Positions 9,711 to 20,370 are shown, counted from the stretch's first letter. The stretch: 32,000 bases of DNA from Wolbachia endosymbiont strain TRS of Brugia malayi (GCF_000008385.1 NC_006833.1:1-32000); one strand, 5' to 3'. Numbers and translations: made by a program. Notes: generated by a model not told the origin, from the letters alone.

Positions 9711-10530
9711 TTCTTTGTTGGTATTTGATATTGAGACTATACCAGATGTAAACTCCTGCAGGAATTTGCTCAATATTAGTGATGATAGTAGCTTAAAAGA
9801 GAAGAGAAACGCATTAACAAAATATCATCTTGAAATAACAAACGGACAAAACCCTTTTCTGCGTCAGCCCTTCCACCAAGTTATAGTTATCAGTTTTTTA
9901 CTTTGTAGTGTAACCTATCAAAGTAATTATGAGGTATTTACCCTTCAGGAAATTAGATCTGAAGGCACACTAGATTCCAGTGAAAAGGAACTGGTAAAAG
10001 GATTTTTTAACTGCGTATCGGAGAAAAAACCAAGGCTAATTTCTTTTAATGGACGCACTTTTGACATACCGGTGCTAAAATATCGTGCTATGGTCCATGA
10101 CGTTCAAGCGGAATATTTTCATAAAGCTGGTGATAAGTGGAATAGCTACAATCAAAGATATAGTAGTAATTGGCATTGTGATTTGCTTGAATCTCTCTCT
10201 GATTTTGGAGCCTTTGCTAGAGTAAAAATGAATGAAGTTTGTGCAGTGTTTAATCTTCCTGGTAAAATTGGAGTTGACGGGTCACAAGTTGTAGATTTGT
10301 ATGATAGTGGTAGAATACAGGAAATTCGAGATTATTGTGAAACAGACGTAGTTAACACTTATTTGATTTACTTGAGATTTATGCATCATCAAGGGAGAAT
10401 CACTACTCGAAGCTACAACAAAAATATAGAAGAGCTGCTTTTGGAATGTGAAAAAAAAGCGCACCTAAGAAAGTTTAAAGAGGAGTGGGAAATAACTTGT
10501 GGTGGAAGGTTTTGTGTTGAGTTTAAATGA
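9703..10530 (+). CDS. Predicted 3'-5' exonuclease related to the PolB exonuclease domain
   Basis: 275 aa; VFDIETIPD (Exo I), LISFNGRTFDIPVL (Exo II), YCETDVVNTYLIYLR (Exo III). Overlaps the end of era by 8 bp. Confidence 0.88.
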   Translation: MFNSLLVFDIETIPDVNSCRNLLNISDDSSLKEKRNALTKYHLEITNGQNPFLRQPFHQVIVISFLLCSVTYQSNYEVFTLQEIRSEGTLDSSEKELVKGFFNCVSEKKPRLISFNGRTFDIPVLKYRAMVHDVQAEYFHKAGDKWNSYNQRYSSNWHCDLLESLSDFGAFARVKMNEVCAVFNLPGKIGVDGSQVVDLYDSGRIQEIRDYCETDVVNTYLIYLRFMHHQGRITTRSYNKNIEELLLECEKKAHLRKFKEEWEITCGGRFCVEFK

Positions 10531-10625
10531 GCGCAAGCATACGAAGCAGTTATTAGATTGCTCCTTAATAATAGCTGTCAACCTATTGTAATAGATAAAG
10601 AGTTTTCATGTTGCTTGACTTTTAC

Positions 10626-11786
10626 TTACTCAATCTGAAAAGAAGTTTTATATTTGTTTTTTATTTCCTCAAAAAAGTTCGATCCATCTGAAATATAACT
10701 CCATGTATTGGCAGCATAGTGTTGAACCTTGCCAAGGGCCTTAGAGTTAATATGTTTAGTATCAATAGGATAGTAGAAAAGAGATACGTCATTATTTGAC
10801 TGGAATTACTCTTGTCTGTTCTATAGATAGCTTCATGATGACCATCTATTGTATAAATGTGGTACTCTTCTGATGCTGATACTCTTAGTTGTACACCTAC
10901 ATAAGCGTAGCCAAGGAGACCAGATGACACTCTAGCACTGGACCTTGTCTGTGTTGAGTTATTCTAATGGTTTCATCCTGAAGAACTTTATTATAAAATT
11001 CACTAGCCAGTAAGGTCAAAAAACCTTGGGTTACCAAAAGTTGCAACGTGCGGCTATCTTAGTAACAGCCCCTTCCATACTGTAGCCTGTAAGATTAATT
11101 TTAAAATCTTTAATTTTTGATCCTTGCTTTTCAGCATGAGCTTTTAAAGCGCCATAAAGATTATGGCTATGAACTATAAATGAGTTGTAAAGACCGCGGT
11201 GAATTCCATCTTCATGTAGAAGTTCTGGAGTAATAAAAGATCCATTTAGATGAGTAATTACATCATTTAAGCTCCATAGGCCATATTTTAAACGAGTGCC
11301 GTTGGTAAGCTATAGTTATTTCATTATCTTTATAAAAACATGATCAACGTCTTTTTTAAAGCTATTACTAAGTTAAATAATTTTGTAACCTTCACTTTCA
11401 AATTCAGCTTTAGTTTTATACATTTTTTCATTTTCAAGAATTACAAAATCTTCCTCATTTCCATTAAAAAGATCATCATTACAAACTGAAGATTTATAAC
11501 TTTTTTCGCTTAATTGATTATCGTTATTACCGTAAATTATTTTACAGAAATTACTCATTTCAATAATTTCTCTTTAATTGAACCCTGCAATTTCTACAAT
11601 ACTTTCATCTATTTGGTAAGAAGAAGATAAAGAATATATTTTATTTGAATTGCGAAGACTTATAAACTCATCAATAATCTCAAACTCATCATCATCTTCT
11701 ATTATAGATTCTGTGATCCGATCGTTATTTTTTGAATTTGTACTGCCTGCAGTACTAAATCAATTGTGAGAGAAACTAAAATCCAT
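10626..11786 (-). pseudogene. Class 3 lipase (alpha/beta hydrolase), multiply frameshifted
   Basis: Joined minus frames: MDFSFSHN*..IDESIVEIAGFN*..MSNFCKIIYGNNDN..ITHLNGSFITPELLHEDGIHRGLYNSFIVHSHNLYGALKAHAEKQGSKIKDFKINLTGYSMEGAVTKIAA..FGNPRFFDLTG*EFYNKVLQDETIRITQHRQ(fs)..RVSSGLLGYAYVGVQLRVSASEEYHIYTIDGHH..YYPIDTKHINSKALGKVQHYAANTWSYISDGSNFFEEIKNKYKTSFQIE*. GYSMEGA is the GxSxG elbow. Confidence 0.8.
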
Positions 11787-12127
11787 ACATTTAGAACTAA
11801 ACAATATTACTTAACTATACTATAAATTGATATTGCTGTTAGTAACTATTATTACTATTCTAGTAAATAATAAAATATTTTATTGTCTAATCATAGAAAA
11901 ATTTTACTTCCATGGAATGAATATTGGGGTTATAACATGGGTGACAAATGAAAAACCTCTATGCTAAATTTTAGTTAACGTGCATATTGGAAATATTAAA
12001 AAAGTTGTTTTTGAGGTATTGCATTTTGTTTTTGTTTTAGCTATAAGGTTGCTTTAAGTTGAGTTTTCAACGTTTTTGTACTATTTACGTTTAAGATAAT
12101 GATTTTGAAATTTTTTGGGGGCACTTC

Positions 12128-14086
12128 ATGAAAAAATTTACTTACACTAGAACTGCTCTAGCTTCTTTATTAACTTTATGTTCTTTCAGCGGTTTTGCTG
12201 CTGACTCTTTTAATGAAGGTATGAAGGGAGTAAAAAAGCAAGAGAACATAAAGTCAATCACAACTTCTGAAAAAATGGAAGTTATGAAGACATCAAACAA
12301 AAGGCTAAAAGAGAAAATGGACAGGATATGTAATGCTGATCCAAGAAAAAAAGCTGAAGAGCTTAAGAAGAAAGAGGAGCTCAAGTTAGCAGCTGAGAAA
12401 AAGAAAGAGGAACTAGCTGAGAAGAAAAGAAAGGAGACGAAGCTAGCAAGTGAAAAGAAAGCGAAACCTTTAGATGCTAAGAACTCTAATGTAGAGAGTT
12501 CAAAGACTAGGGGTACAGAAACTCAGAAAGCTAGAGATGTAAAGAAGAATTTTAAGAAAGATGTAAAAATTGTTGGTCAAAATGCAGAAAAAAAAGGTGA
12601 AGCAAGCCCTGTTATCTTGGTCGGTGGCGTTGATGTTATTGACACTAACCAAGGAACAAGTGGTTTGAAAATAACTTTTGGTGGTGTTGTTGATGCTCAA
12701 GGTTATGGTAAAGCTGGACCAAGTGGTGAAGATTATAAACATTATAATGTTATGTCGGGCAAATCTACAGGTTACTATGAGGATATTTCGGACAAGGTAA
12801 AAGGAGCAAATCCAATATTTCCTAGCGGGATAGGAAATATTGGTGATTATAGCGAAGACATAGATATGATTGCAGATGCAATATTACATTTAAGAGCAGA
12901 AGATAAAAATGAAGATAAAGGTCTTCTTTATGGTGCTGATGTGCAATTCCAAGTTCCAGTGACAGAAGGCAAAGGGGCTTCACAGGGTGTTCGTGCTACA
13001 AGGGGTAGAAGTGCACATGTGTTTTTAAGTTCGAGATATGGTGACTTGAAACTTGGTTATCAGTTTGGTCCTGAGGCCCTGATGAGGCTTGATGCAACAA
13101 GGATTGCAACTATTGACGGAGCTGCAGATAGTGACTGGTTCAGAAAAGTGAACTTGGAAGGAAGTGCTGCAAGCTTTCCATTTTATGTAACACCACGTCT
13201 TTACACTGAAAGTTTCTCAAGCGAAAGTGAAAAACTTTCTTTCCGTATGGCAGGGAAATATCATAAAAACGTTATGACTACATTACCATTTAGATTTGCT
13301 TACTACTCACCAAATTATATGGGGGCAAGATTTGGTGTTAGCTACTCACCTCGCTATGACAGTAATTTGTTTGTTATAAAGGATGGTGATAACATAAAAC
13401 ATGTTGGTCCAGACTATGAGCACATAGTAAGTGCTGGTGCATCATATGAATATGACTTTAGCGAACGTAAGGTAAAAGTTAAAGTTGCTGCAGTTGGTGA
13501 ATATGGTCAAGCAAAAGAACCAGACAGTACTAAGTATGCTTATAAGGAATATGTGGAGTATAATGATCTGATGGGTGTTAATTTAGGTATAAGTGCTGAC
13601 TGTAATATTAATGAAGATCAAGGTGTAAAATTTGCTGCCTCCTTTGCATATTTGGGCAAATCTGGTCAACCAAAGGGTATTGAAAAATTGGTTGGTAATG
13701 TCTATCAAAAAATTGATGGTAAAGGTGTTACTGATGATGACAAGAGAGTGAAAGAACTCGAAGATCAATTTAAAGGAGATGATAAAAATACTATGTATTG
13801 GACTGCAGGAGCTGGTTATCAACATGAGAATTTCTACATAAGCTTGACATACTTTGGTAGTAAGATGAGTGATGGAGATAAGCTTCACGATGTTGCATTT
13901 GGTATTCAGTATGATCTCTCTCCTGCTTCCAGTAAGGGCAAGTTTGTTCCTTATGCATCTCTCCATTATTTTAAAACTGATGAGAAGCAAGGTGGTGGGT
14001 ATAAGATTACAAAAAAAGATAGTTCAGGCATAGCACCTTCTAACCAAGGGGTTCTCTTCCTTACTGGTATGAAATTTTCTTTCTAA
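12128..14086 (+). CDS. Outer-membrane porin-like beta-barrel protein with N-terminal charged coiled-coil
   Basis: 652 aa; signal peptide MKKFTYTRTALASLLTLCSFSGFA, Lys/Glu-rich segment, then barrel-like strands (LTYFGSKMSDGDKLHDVAFGIQYDLS...) with C-terminal ...FLTGMKFSF ending in Phe. Confidence 0.85.
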   Translation: MKKFTYTRTALASLLTLCSFSGFAADSFNEGMKGVKKQENIKSITTSEKMEVMKTSNKRLKEKMDRICNADPRKKAEELKKKEELKLAAEKKKEELAEKKRKETKLASEKKAKPLDAKNSNVESSKTRGTETQKARDVKKNFKKDVKIVGQNAEKKGEASPVILVGGVDVIDTNQGTSGLKITFGGVVDAQGYGKAGPSGEDYKHYNVMSGKSTGYYEDISDKVKGANPIFPSGIGNIGDYSEDIDMIADAILHLRAEDKNEDKGLLYGADVQFQVPVTEGKGASQGVRATRGRSAHVFLSSRYGDLKLGYQFGPEALMRLDATRIATIDGAADSDWFRKVNLEGSAASFPFYVTPRLYTESFSSESEKLSFRMAGKYHKNVMTTLPFRFAYYSPNYMGARFGVSYSPRYDSNLFVIKDGDNIKHVGPDYEHIVSAGASYEYDFSERKVKVKVAAVGEYGQAKEPDSTKYAYKEYVEYNDLMGVNLGISADCNINEDQGVKFAASFAYLGKSGQPKGIEKLVGNVYQKIDGKGVTDDDKRVKELEDQFKGDDKNTMYWTAGAGYQHENFYISLTYFGSKMSDGDKLHDVAFGIQYDLSPASSKGKFVPYASLHYFKTDEKQGGGYKITKKDSSGIAPSNQGVLFLTGMKFSF

Positions 14087-14095
14087 TTGAATAAT

Positions 14096-14121
14096 ACACA
14101 CCACAGCTGTGGTGTGTATTT
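14096..14121 (+). terminator. Putative Rho-independent terminator of the porin-like gene
   Basis: Perfect 22-bp palindrome ACACACCACAGCTGTGGTGTGT followed by ATTTT, just after the stop codon; the T-tract is short. Confidence 0.65.
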
Positions 14122-14511
14122 TCAGTGTCATCTATTTAGGCTTTCAGGGTTATTTATGTTGAAAAATTTTTCAATATATGTACAATAGGTTAAAATGAAA
14201 GTAACGATATCATGGATATAACAGTGGATCTTGATAGGGGGTTTGAGGAAATAGTACAATCTTGTTCCATGCTGCAACAAATCGAGCACTGGGCCAGAGT
14301 TAGTCAAAACCATGAACTAAGCTATAACGTCATTTAGGTATTAGGGGTGCTAACTCAAGGAAGTGTAACGTGTTATCATCTTAACAGCTCTTTTTAGCAG
14401 TTGTGAATTGCCATTCTAGTGGTTTTTTTATCAAGGTAGATGATATTGGAATCTGAAAAATAACAATAAGCTCGTTGGCGTAATTTTTTCATATGAAAAC
14501 AAGAGGTAGCT

Positions 14512-15325
14512 ATGCAACCCACATTAAAAAAACATTTAGCTGGAGGGTTACTTACCATCGCTACATGCTGGAAATTGACGCTTGTTGATGGAAAAGTAAT
14601 GAGGTTCACTGGTTATGATGAGGGTTTAAATATCAGTAATATACTCTATAAATCTTCAAGTGGATTCACAACCAGTAGTATAGTATTAAACAGCGACTTA
14701 AAGACTGATAACCTGGGAATAAAGGAATGTTAAATGGTGATGATATTAAGGAAGGAGAGTTTTATCAGGAAAGTACGACTTTGCAAATATTGAGATATTT
14801 CTTGTAAATTACAAAGATGTGGGTCAAGGGAAATGAATCTACATTCGGAACTTTTGATAAAGTAACATTAGATAGTGGGTAATTTATTGTTGAAATAGAG
14901 AATTCTCAGCAAAGCTTGAGAGGGAACATAGCAAAGTTATATTCTCCTATGTGCAGAACGCAATTTTGTGATAGTAGCTGTAAAGCTGATGCTAGGAAAT
15001 TTAGCAGAGTAAGTACGATTACTAAAGTGATAGACGAAAAAAGATTTGAAGACCTAATTTAACTGAGAGCAATGGGTGTTATAAGCATAGAATAGTGAAA
15101 TTTTTTGGCTCAGTAGCATATACAGCATTTGAAGGTGCGATAAAGAGTATAGAAAAAAGTAGTTACATTGTTTGCTTTGCCTACATGCAAAATTTTTGCT
15201 GGTGATAAATGTTCGATACTTACAGATTGCGATAAAACATTTTCAACGTGCAAAAGCAGATTTAACAATGCTGTAAGTTTTTCGTGGTAAACCTTATATA
15301 CCTGGTTTTTACAGTTAAACTTGTT
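14512..15325 (+). pseudogene. Gene-transfer-agent/phage DUF2163 (TIGR02218) family protein, frameshifted
   Basis: MQPTLKKHLAGGLLTIATCWKLTLVDGKVMRFTGYDEGLNISNILYKSSSGFTTSSIVLNSDLKTDNL.. (fs) ..YDFANIEIFLVNYKDVGQG.. (fs) ..FDKVTLDSGNFIVEIENSQQSLRGNIAKLYSPMCRTQFCDSSCKADARKFSRVSTITKV.. (fs) ..DCDKTFSTCKSRFNNAV.. (fs) ..FRGKPYIPGF. Confidence 0.82.
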
Positions 15326-15358
15326 CAGTGGCATAATTTTCACTATTATAAGTAGTGT

Positions 15359-15444
15359 GGAAAGGTGGCTGAGTGGTCTAAAGCACACGCTTGGAAAGCG
15401 TACACATATGAAATATGTCGGGGGTTCGAATCCCCCCTTTTCCG
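15359..15444 (+). tRNA. tRNA-Ser (anticodon GGA)
   Basis: Acceptor GGAAAGG/CTTTTCC, anticodon stem CACGC/GCGTA-like with loop TTGGAAA, long variable arm, T-arm GGGGG-TTCGAAT-CCCCC. CCA is not encoded. Confidence 0.95.
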
Positions 15445-15599
15445 TTGACTTTTATCATATAATCTCACATAATATGCATGTGAGAAAAATATGGACTGGA
15501 AAAATTTTCATCTTAGTATGCCCCTTGACCTAGGGGCACCTGTAATGAGCAAGTATATGAGTTGATTACTGCAATTGACGGTGTTAAAAATAGCTGGTA

Positions 15600-16580
15600 A
15601 ATAACAAAAAACACTACCACACGCTATTGAAAGATTAGTCCACTTGGTTATTGTTATATCTTCTGGTGCTTCTAACCGTATTGAAGGGGACAGCCTAACC
15701 GATAAAGAAGTTGAGGATCTGTATGAAAACCTACGTATTAGAAAATTTAAAAATAGGGATGAGCAAAAAGTTGCTGGCTACTTAGAAATGCTTAAACTAA
15801 TATTTCATGATTATGTGAATATTCCAATTAGTAAGTCATTAATATTGCACGTCAACAACCAGATGGTACTCTATAGTGATAAGGACCTATACATAGGGGG
15901 GAAAATATAAAACAAGCCCTAATAGAGTTGAGGTAAAAAATCAGAATGAAAATATAGTTGGTATAGTTCTTGGCCCTACACCTCCTTATCTTGTTAAAAA
16001 AGAAGTACAGGGGTTTATTAATTAATATCACTGATCCTTAAATAATAGACTTTAAACATCCTCTTATTATTGTTGCTAACTTTATTTTTGAATATTTGGC
16101 AATACATCCTTTTCAAGATGGGAATGGTATATAACTAGTAGATTAATAACTAATTTAATGCTATTGCAGTAGGATTATGGCTTTGTATCTACTGTGCACA
16201 TGAAAAGGTAATTGAAACTAACAAACTTGGTTACTATTTAGCGCTTAATAAAATATAAAGCGTTAGAAAAGTAATAAAAAAGATATCTTCCTATAGTTGA
16301 TATTTTTTCTCAACATACTTAAAACTCAAGCAAGTGAGGCGCATTGTATTCTTGAGAGAGAAAATACTGAATATTTATTATCACAAAAACAATTGCTCTT
16401 CTGGAAATGGGCACTTGGTCTTGTAGATAAGAAATTTAGTAGAAAAATGCCATAGAAGCTCTAGGATTTCCTTCAAGAACAGTAGAGGAAATTATAAAAA
16501 GACTACTAGATATGAAATATTTGCAGTGCCTTGGAGAATGCAAAATTACTAGGTTTAGAGTAAAAGTTTTAGCTATTTAA
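15600..16580 (+). pseudogene. Fic family protein, multiply disrupted
   Basis: ASNRIEGDSLTDKEVEDLYENLRIRKFKNRDEQKVAGYLEMLKLIFHDYVNIPISKSLI, then ..KHPLIIVANFIFEYLAIHPFQDGNGI* (Fic core HPFxDGNG at about 16102-16125), RLITNLMLLQ*, and a C-terminal winged-helix-like segment with SRTVEEIIKRLLDMKYLQCLG. Confidence 0.85.
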
Positions 16581-16617
16581 AATTTCTAGTCTATTTATAT
16601 TACTATGTGAAAAAACT

Positions 16618-17880
16618 TCACCAATCGACTTTTTTATCTTCGGTTTTAATTTGCAATACATATATTAAGCTAATCAATGCACACATGGTAAGGTAAAAAC
16701 CTGCTGCAAGCTCTGTTTCAGTTTTTTCTATAAGCCACATACATATGGATGGAGAAATTCCGCCAAAAATTCCTGCAGATATATTATGTGCTAGGCTAAA
16801 GCCCGTACACCTAACTTTCGTTGGAAGTAACTCGCAAACAAGAGAATTGTATATTCCAAAAGATGCACCTATCGGTATGCTTATTAATAGAAAAGTGAGT
16901 GTTACAATATAGTGATTGTCATATGATAGTAGCGAAAACGCTGGTAACCCAGCGCAGGCTAAAGCTATTAATATAAGAACCATCACATTTTTTCTTCCGA
17001 CTTTATCAGATAATATTGCGAACAGCACTGCAGATGTCCCAAATGTAATTTCAACTGTAATCCTTACTACATTTTTAATATCAATGCCTGAAAGGATAAG
17101 CTCTTTTACAGATATGTTGTAAAACATGATTGCTGAGTAGACAATTGCATTTTGGGCGATACCAAGCCCAATTGCTATCATAAATGCCTTTTTATAGCTC
17201 CTGATTAGTTCCAAAAATGGAGAATTAGATAAGCTTTTATTTTGGTCATGAGTCTTGTACGCTAAGCTTTCTTCCATTATGTATCTTGTTAAAAAACCTA
17301 TTACACCCATAATAGAGCAGAAATAGAAAAGCAACCTCCATCCCCAAATTTCATAATTTTCACCTGTAAATTTTTTAACAATGGCTATCATTAAAAAGCA
17401 TGTAATGGAACCAAGGGCGCCGCTGAAAGCTTTCATGCTACCTAAAAACCCTAGATCTTTTTTATCACTTGAATGTTCTATTAAAAAAGCTGAGTTAATA
17501 CTTGTTTCTCCACCAGCTGCTGTTCCTTGTACTATTCTGCAAAGCAAAAGCAATATAGGGGAGAGTATTCCTATTTCTTTAAAATCTGGTATGACTGCAA
17601 TTGCAGTAGATGATATCGAAACTAATATTACAGAAGTTAGCAAAACTTTCCTTCTACCGTACTTATCTCCGATGTAGCCAAAAATAAATGCACCGAGTGG
17701 CCTAAATCCAAACCCGACTGCAAAACTGCCAAGAAATTTGATTGTGCTTAAATAATCACTTTCCGAAGGAAAGAAAACATTGCTTATTATGTGTGTTAAG
17801 ACTCCAAATAGAGTTAATTCATACCATACAATCATATTGCAGATTATACCTGATAGTATTGCTTTTTGAATATTATTCAT
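16618..17880 (-). CDS. MFS transporter, ProP/metabolite:H+ symporter type
   Basis: 420 aa; GFGFRPLGAFIFGYIGDKYGRRKVL, RIVQGTAAGGE, SDKVGRKNVMVL. Confidence 0.93.
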   Translation of the reverse strand: MNNIQKAILSGIICNMIVWYELTLFGVLTHIISNVFFPSESDYLSTIKFLGSFAVGFGFRPLGAFIFGYIGDKYGRRKVLLTSVILVSISSTAIAVIPDFKEIGILSPILLLLCRIVQGTAAGGETSINSAFLIEHSSDKKDLGFLGSMKAFSGALGSITCFLMIAIVKKFTGENYEIWGWRLLFYFCSIMGVIGFLTRYIMEESLAYKTHDQNKSLSNSPFLELIRSYKKAFMIAIGLGIAQNAIVYSAIMFYNISVKELILSGIDIKNVVRITVEITFGTSAVLFAILSDKVGRKNVMVLILIALACAGLPAFSLLSYDNHYIVTLTFLLISIPIGASFGIYNSLVCELLPTKVRCTGFSLAHNISAGIFGGISPSICMWLIEKTETELAAGFYLTMCALISLIYVLQIKTEDKKVDW

Positions 17881-17934
17881 GATTTTTAATTTGTTATAGT
17901 ATATTGTTGATTGGTATACTTCGTTATGGAATTT

Positions 17935-19737
17935 TCATTCAACAACCTTTAAAGACAACTCACGTAAGTGCTTATTATCCACCTTAGAAGGGGCATCCAT
18001 TAGAACATCTTCACCCTGCTGATTCATGGGAAAACAGGTTATCTCACGAATGTTTGGTGCATCGGCAAGCAACATAACTATTCTGTCAATTCCTGGTGCT
18101 ATTCCACCATGAGGTGGTACTCCAAATCTAAATGCACGCACAAGTGCACCAAATTTCTTATTGACTTCTTCTTTATTATAGCCTGCAGTGGCAAAAGCCT
18201 TATACATGATATCCAGTTTGTTATTGCGAATTGCCCCGCTTGATAATTCTATTCCATTGCAAACAAGGTCATATTGGTAAGCAAGGATATCCAGTGGATT
18301 TTTTTCCTCTAGATCTTTCAAACCACCATGTGGCATGGAAAATGGGTTATGAAAGAAATCGATTTTTTTACTTTTATCGTCATACACGAAGTATGGAAAA
18401 TCAACAACCCAACAGAACTTGAAGATATTGTTATCTATGAGGCCTAGTTCTGACCCTAAGAGAGTGCGTACTTTTCCTGCAATTGTTGCTGCTTCATTTT
18501 CTTTGTCAGAAGCAAAAAACACGCTGTCTCCAGGCTTTATGTTCGTTGCTTCTCTTATGTGATTTAGCCTATTGTCATCAAGAAATTTAGCAATCGGTCC
18601 TTTTGCAGTACCATCTTTATTAAATGTTATATATCCAAGACCTTTAGCACCAAATTCTTTTTGTGTGTGTTCTATCTTTTTATCAAAAAAACTACGAGGT
18701 TCCTCTGCTGTTTTAGGAGCAGGGATGGCTCTCACTACCATACCACGTTCGATGTTGCTCTTAAAAATATTGAATTCTGAGTCACGAAAGATTTCTGTAA
18801 CATCGCTAATTAATAGTGGATTACGTAAATCTGGCTTGTCAGAGCCGTATTTAAGCATTGCCTCTTTGTAGGTAATACGTGAAAAACCTTTATCGACAGA
18901 CTTGCGAGAAAATTTGGCAAACACTTTGTATAAGGTAGATTCAATAACTTGAAATACGTCCTCTTGAGTTACAAAAGACATTTCAAGATCTAGCTGGTAA
19001 AACTCTCCTGGGGAACGGTCAGCCCTTGCATCTTCATCGCGAAAACATGGTGCAATTTGAAAGTATTTATCAAACCCTGAGATCATTAATAACTGCTTAA
19101 AAATTTGCGGAGCTTGTGGCAATGCATAAAACTTACCAGGATTTAACCTACTTGGCACTAAATAGTCACGTGCTCCTTCAGGAGACGAAGCAGTAAGTAT
19201 TGGAGTTTGAATTTCCAAAAATCCTTGCTCTATCATGAATTTGCGAAGCTCTGCAATGATTTGTGAGCGCAGAACGATATTGTTGCGGACTTTTTCACGC
19301 CTTAAGTCAAGAAACCGATATTTAAATCTCATATTTTCTGGGTATTCCTGATCATCTGCAATGCTTGCTAATATACTCCTTTCTTCTTTTGCTGTTTCTT
19401 CATTGTGATGAAACTCAACTTCTGACTCGATTTGTAAGTTGTTGACTGTAACTTCAATTTCTCCTGTCGAAATAGAAATGTTTATCGTATCTTCAGTTCT
19501 AGCTTTGACTATTCCTGTAACAGTAATTACGCTCTCCGGTTTTAGATCTGATATCTTACAAAAAAAATCTTTGTCGTTATTGAATACCAGCTGAGTAATT
19601 CCATAAAAGTCTCTTAAGTCAACAAAAATTAGGTTCCCATGGTCGCGTTTGCGGTACATCCATCCAGAAAGGGTAACTTCCTTTTCTACATCGTTCTTCC
19701 TTAATTCGTTGCACGTGTGGGTTTTATAATAGTTCAT
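17935..19737 (-). CDS. aspS: Aspartyl-tRNA synthetase
   Basis: Class II synthetase: [84 protein letters not shown]. Start at the internal MNYYKTHTC preferred over the tracked start at 19761 (inference). Confidence 0.96.
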   Translation of the reverse strand: MNYYKTHTCNELRKNDVEKEVTLSGWMYRKRDHGNLIFVDLRDFYGITQLVFNNDKDFFCKISDLKPESVITVTGIVKARTEDTINISISTGEIEVTVNNLQIESEVEFHHNEETAKEERSILASIADDQEYPENMRFKYRFLDLRREKVRNNIVLRSQIIAELRKFMIEQGFLEIQTPILTASSPEGARDYLVPSRLNPGKFYALPQAPQIFKQLLMISGFDKYFQIAPCFRDEDARADRSPGEFYQLDLEMSFVTQEDVFQVIESTLYKVFAKFSRKSVDKGFSRITYKEAMLKYGSDKPDLRNPLLISDVTEIFRDSEFNIFKSNIERGMVVRAIPAPKTAEEPRSFFDKKIEHTQKEFGAKGLGYITFNKDGTAKGPIAKFLDDNRLNHIREATNIKPGDSVFFASDKENEAATIAGKVRTLLGSELGLIDNNIFKFCWVVDFPYFVYDDKSKKIDFFHNPFSMPHGGLKDLEEKNPLDILAYQYDLVCNGIELSSGAIRNNKLDIMYKAFATAGYNKEEVNKKFGALVRAFRFGVPPHGGIAPGIDRIVMLLADAPNIREITCFPMNQQGEDVLMDAPSKVDNKHLRELSLKVVE

Positions 19738-19935
19738 ATCAGTGCGTCCTCCACTACGCAATTCTTAGAAGTATAAAAATAAACCTTATTGTATACAAGT
19801 CCATTCGTCGTATATTTAGGCGATTTGCGAGGTAGAGAAATACTGCTTTGTGCTGTCTTTGCTCACACAGAAGTTTGCAGAATTTCTATAATTGTGATAT
19901 AATAATAAGGGTATTTTAAAATTTAAACACGGAGA

Positions 19936-20367
19936 ATGCTATTTGTACAGATCATAATATATAGCATAACATTGCTTGCTGTAGCTGCGGTGTTTTTCTT
20001 TTTTAGAAAAATGTACAGGGATCGAATTAGAAAGATCATGTTTCCTAAGAAAGTTCTTGGAGAAGAATGGGAAGAAGGCAGGAAATTCAATAAATTATAT
20101 CAAAAAGATAAGCAGAGAAAGCTAATAAAACGTCAGGGAATACTACGTGAGAGTCAAAATGGTATACAGGTTTACAAAGAGGATCCAGAAATAGTTGAAA
20201 TTGCAAAGCCAATAGGTAAATGGACACAAATGGTTATGCAAGATGGTGGATTGATGCAGCGTTTGGCACAATTAATGAAAAGAGAAAGTGGTAGGAAAGG
20301 GTTTTGGGAGCTATTTGTAGAGGCTCAAGCTTCAACTCATGGTAAACATAAAGGGAAAGGCAGATAA
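19936..20367 (+). CDS. Small membrane-anchored hypothetical protein
   Basis: 143 aa; N-terminal TM helix IIIYSITLLAVAAVFFFF followed by a basic soluble region; 3 bp upstream of ccmA. Confidence 0.75.
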   Translation: MLFVQIIIYSITLLAVAAVFFFFRKMYRDRIRKIMFPKKVLGEEWEEGRKFNKLYQKDKQRKLIKRQGILRESQNGIQVYKEDPEIVEIAKPIGKWTQMVMQDGGLMQRLAQLMKRESGRKGFWELFVEAQASTHGKHKGKGR

Positions 20368-20370
20368 TTC

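Noticed and set aside
12142-12742. Two 80 aa minus-strand ORFs inside the porin-like gene
   Set aside because: Antisense to the Lys/Glu-rich coding region, giving Ser/Phe/Leu-rich shadow translations.
15110-15388. 92 aa minus ORF overlapping the tRNA
   Set aside because: It overlaps the tRNA-Ser and is antisense to the DUF2163 remnant; no coding support.
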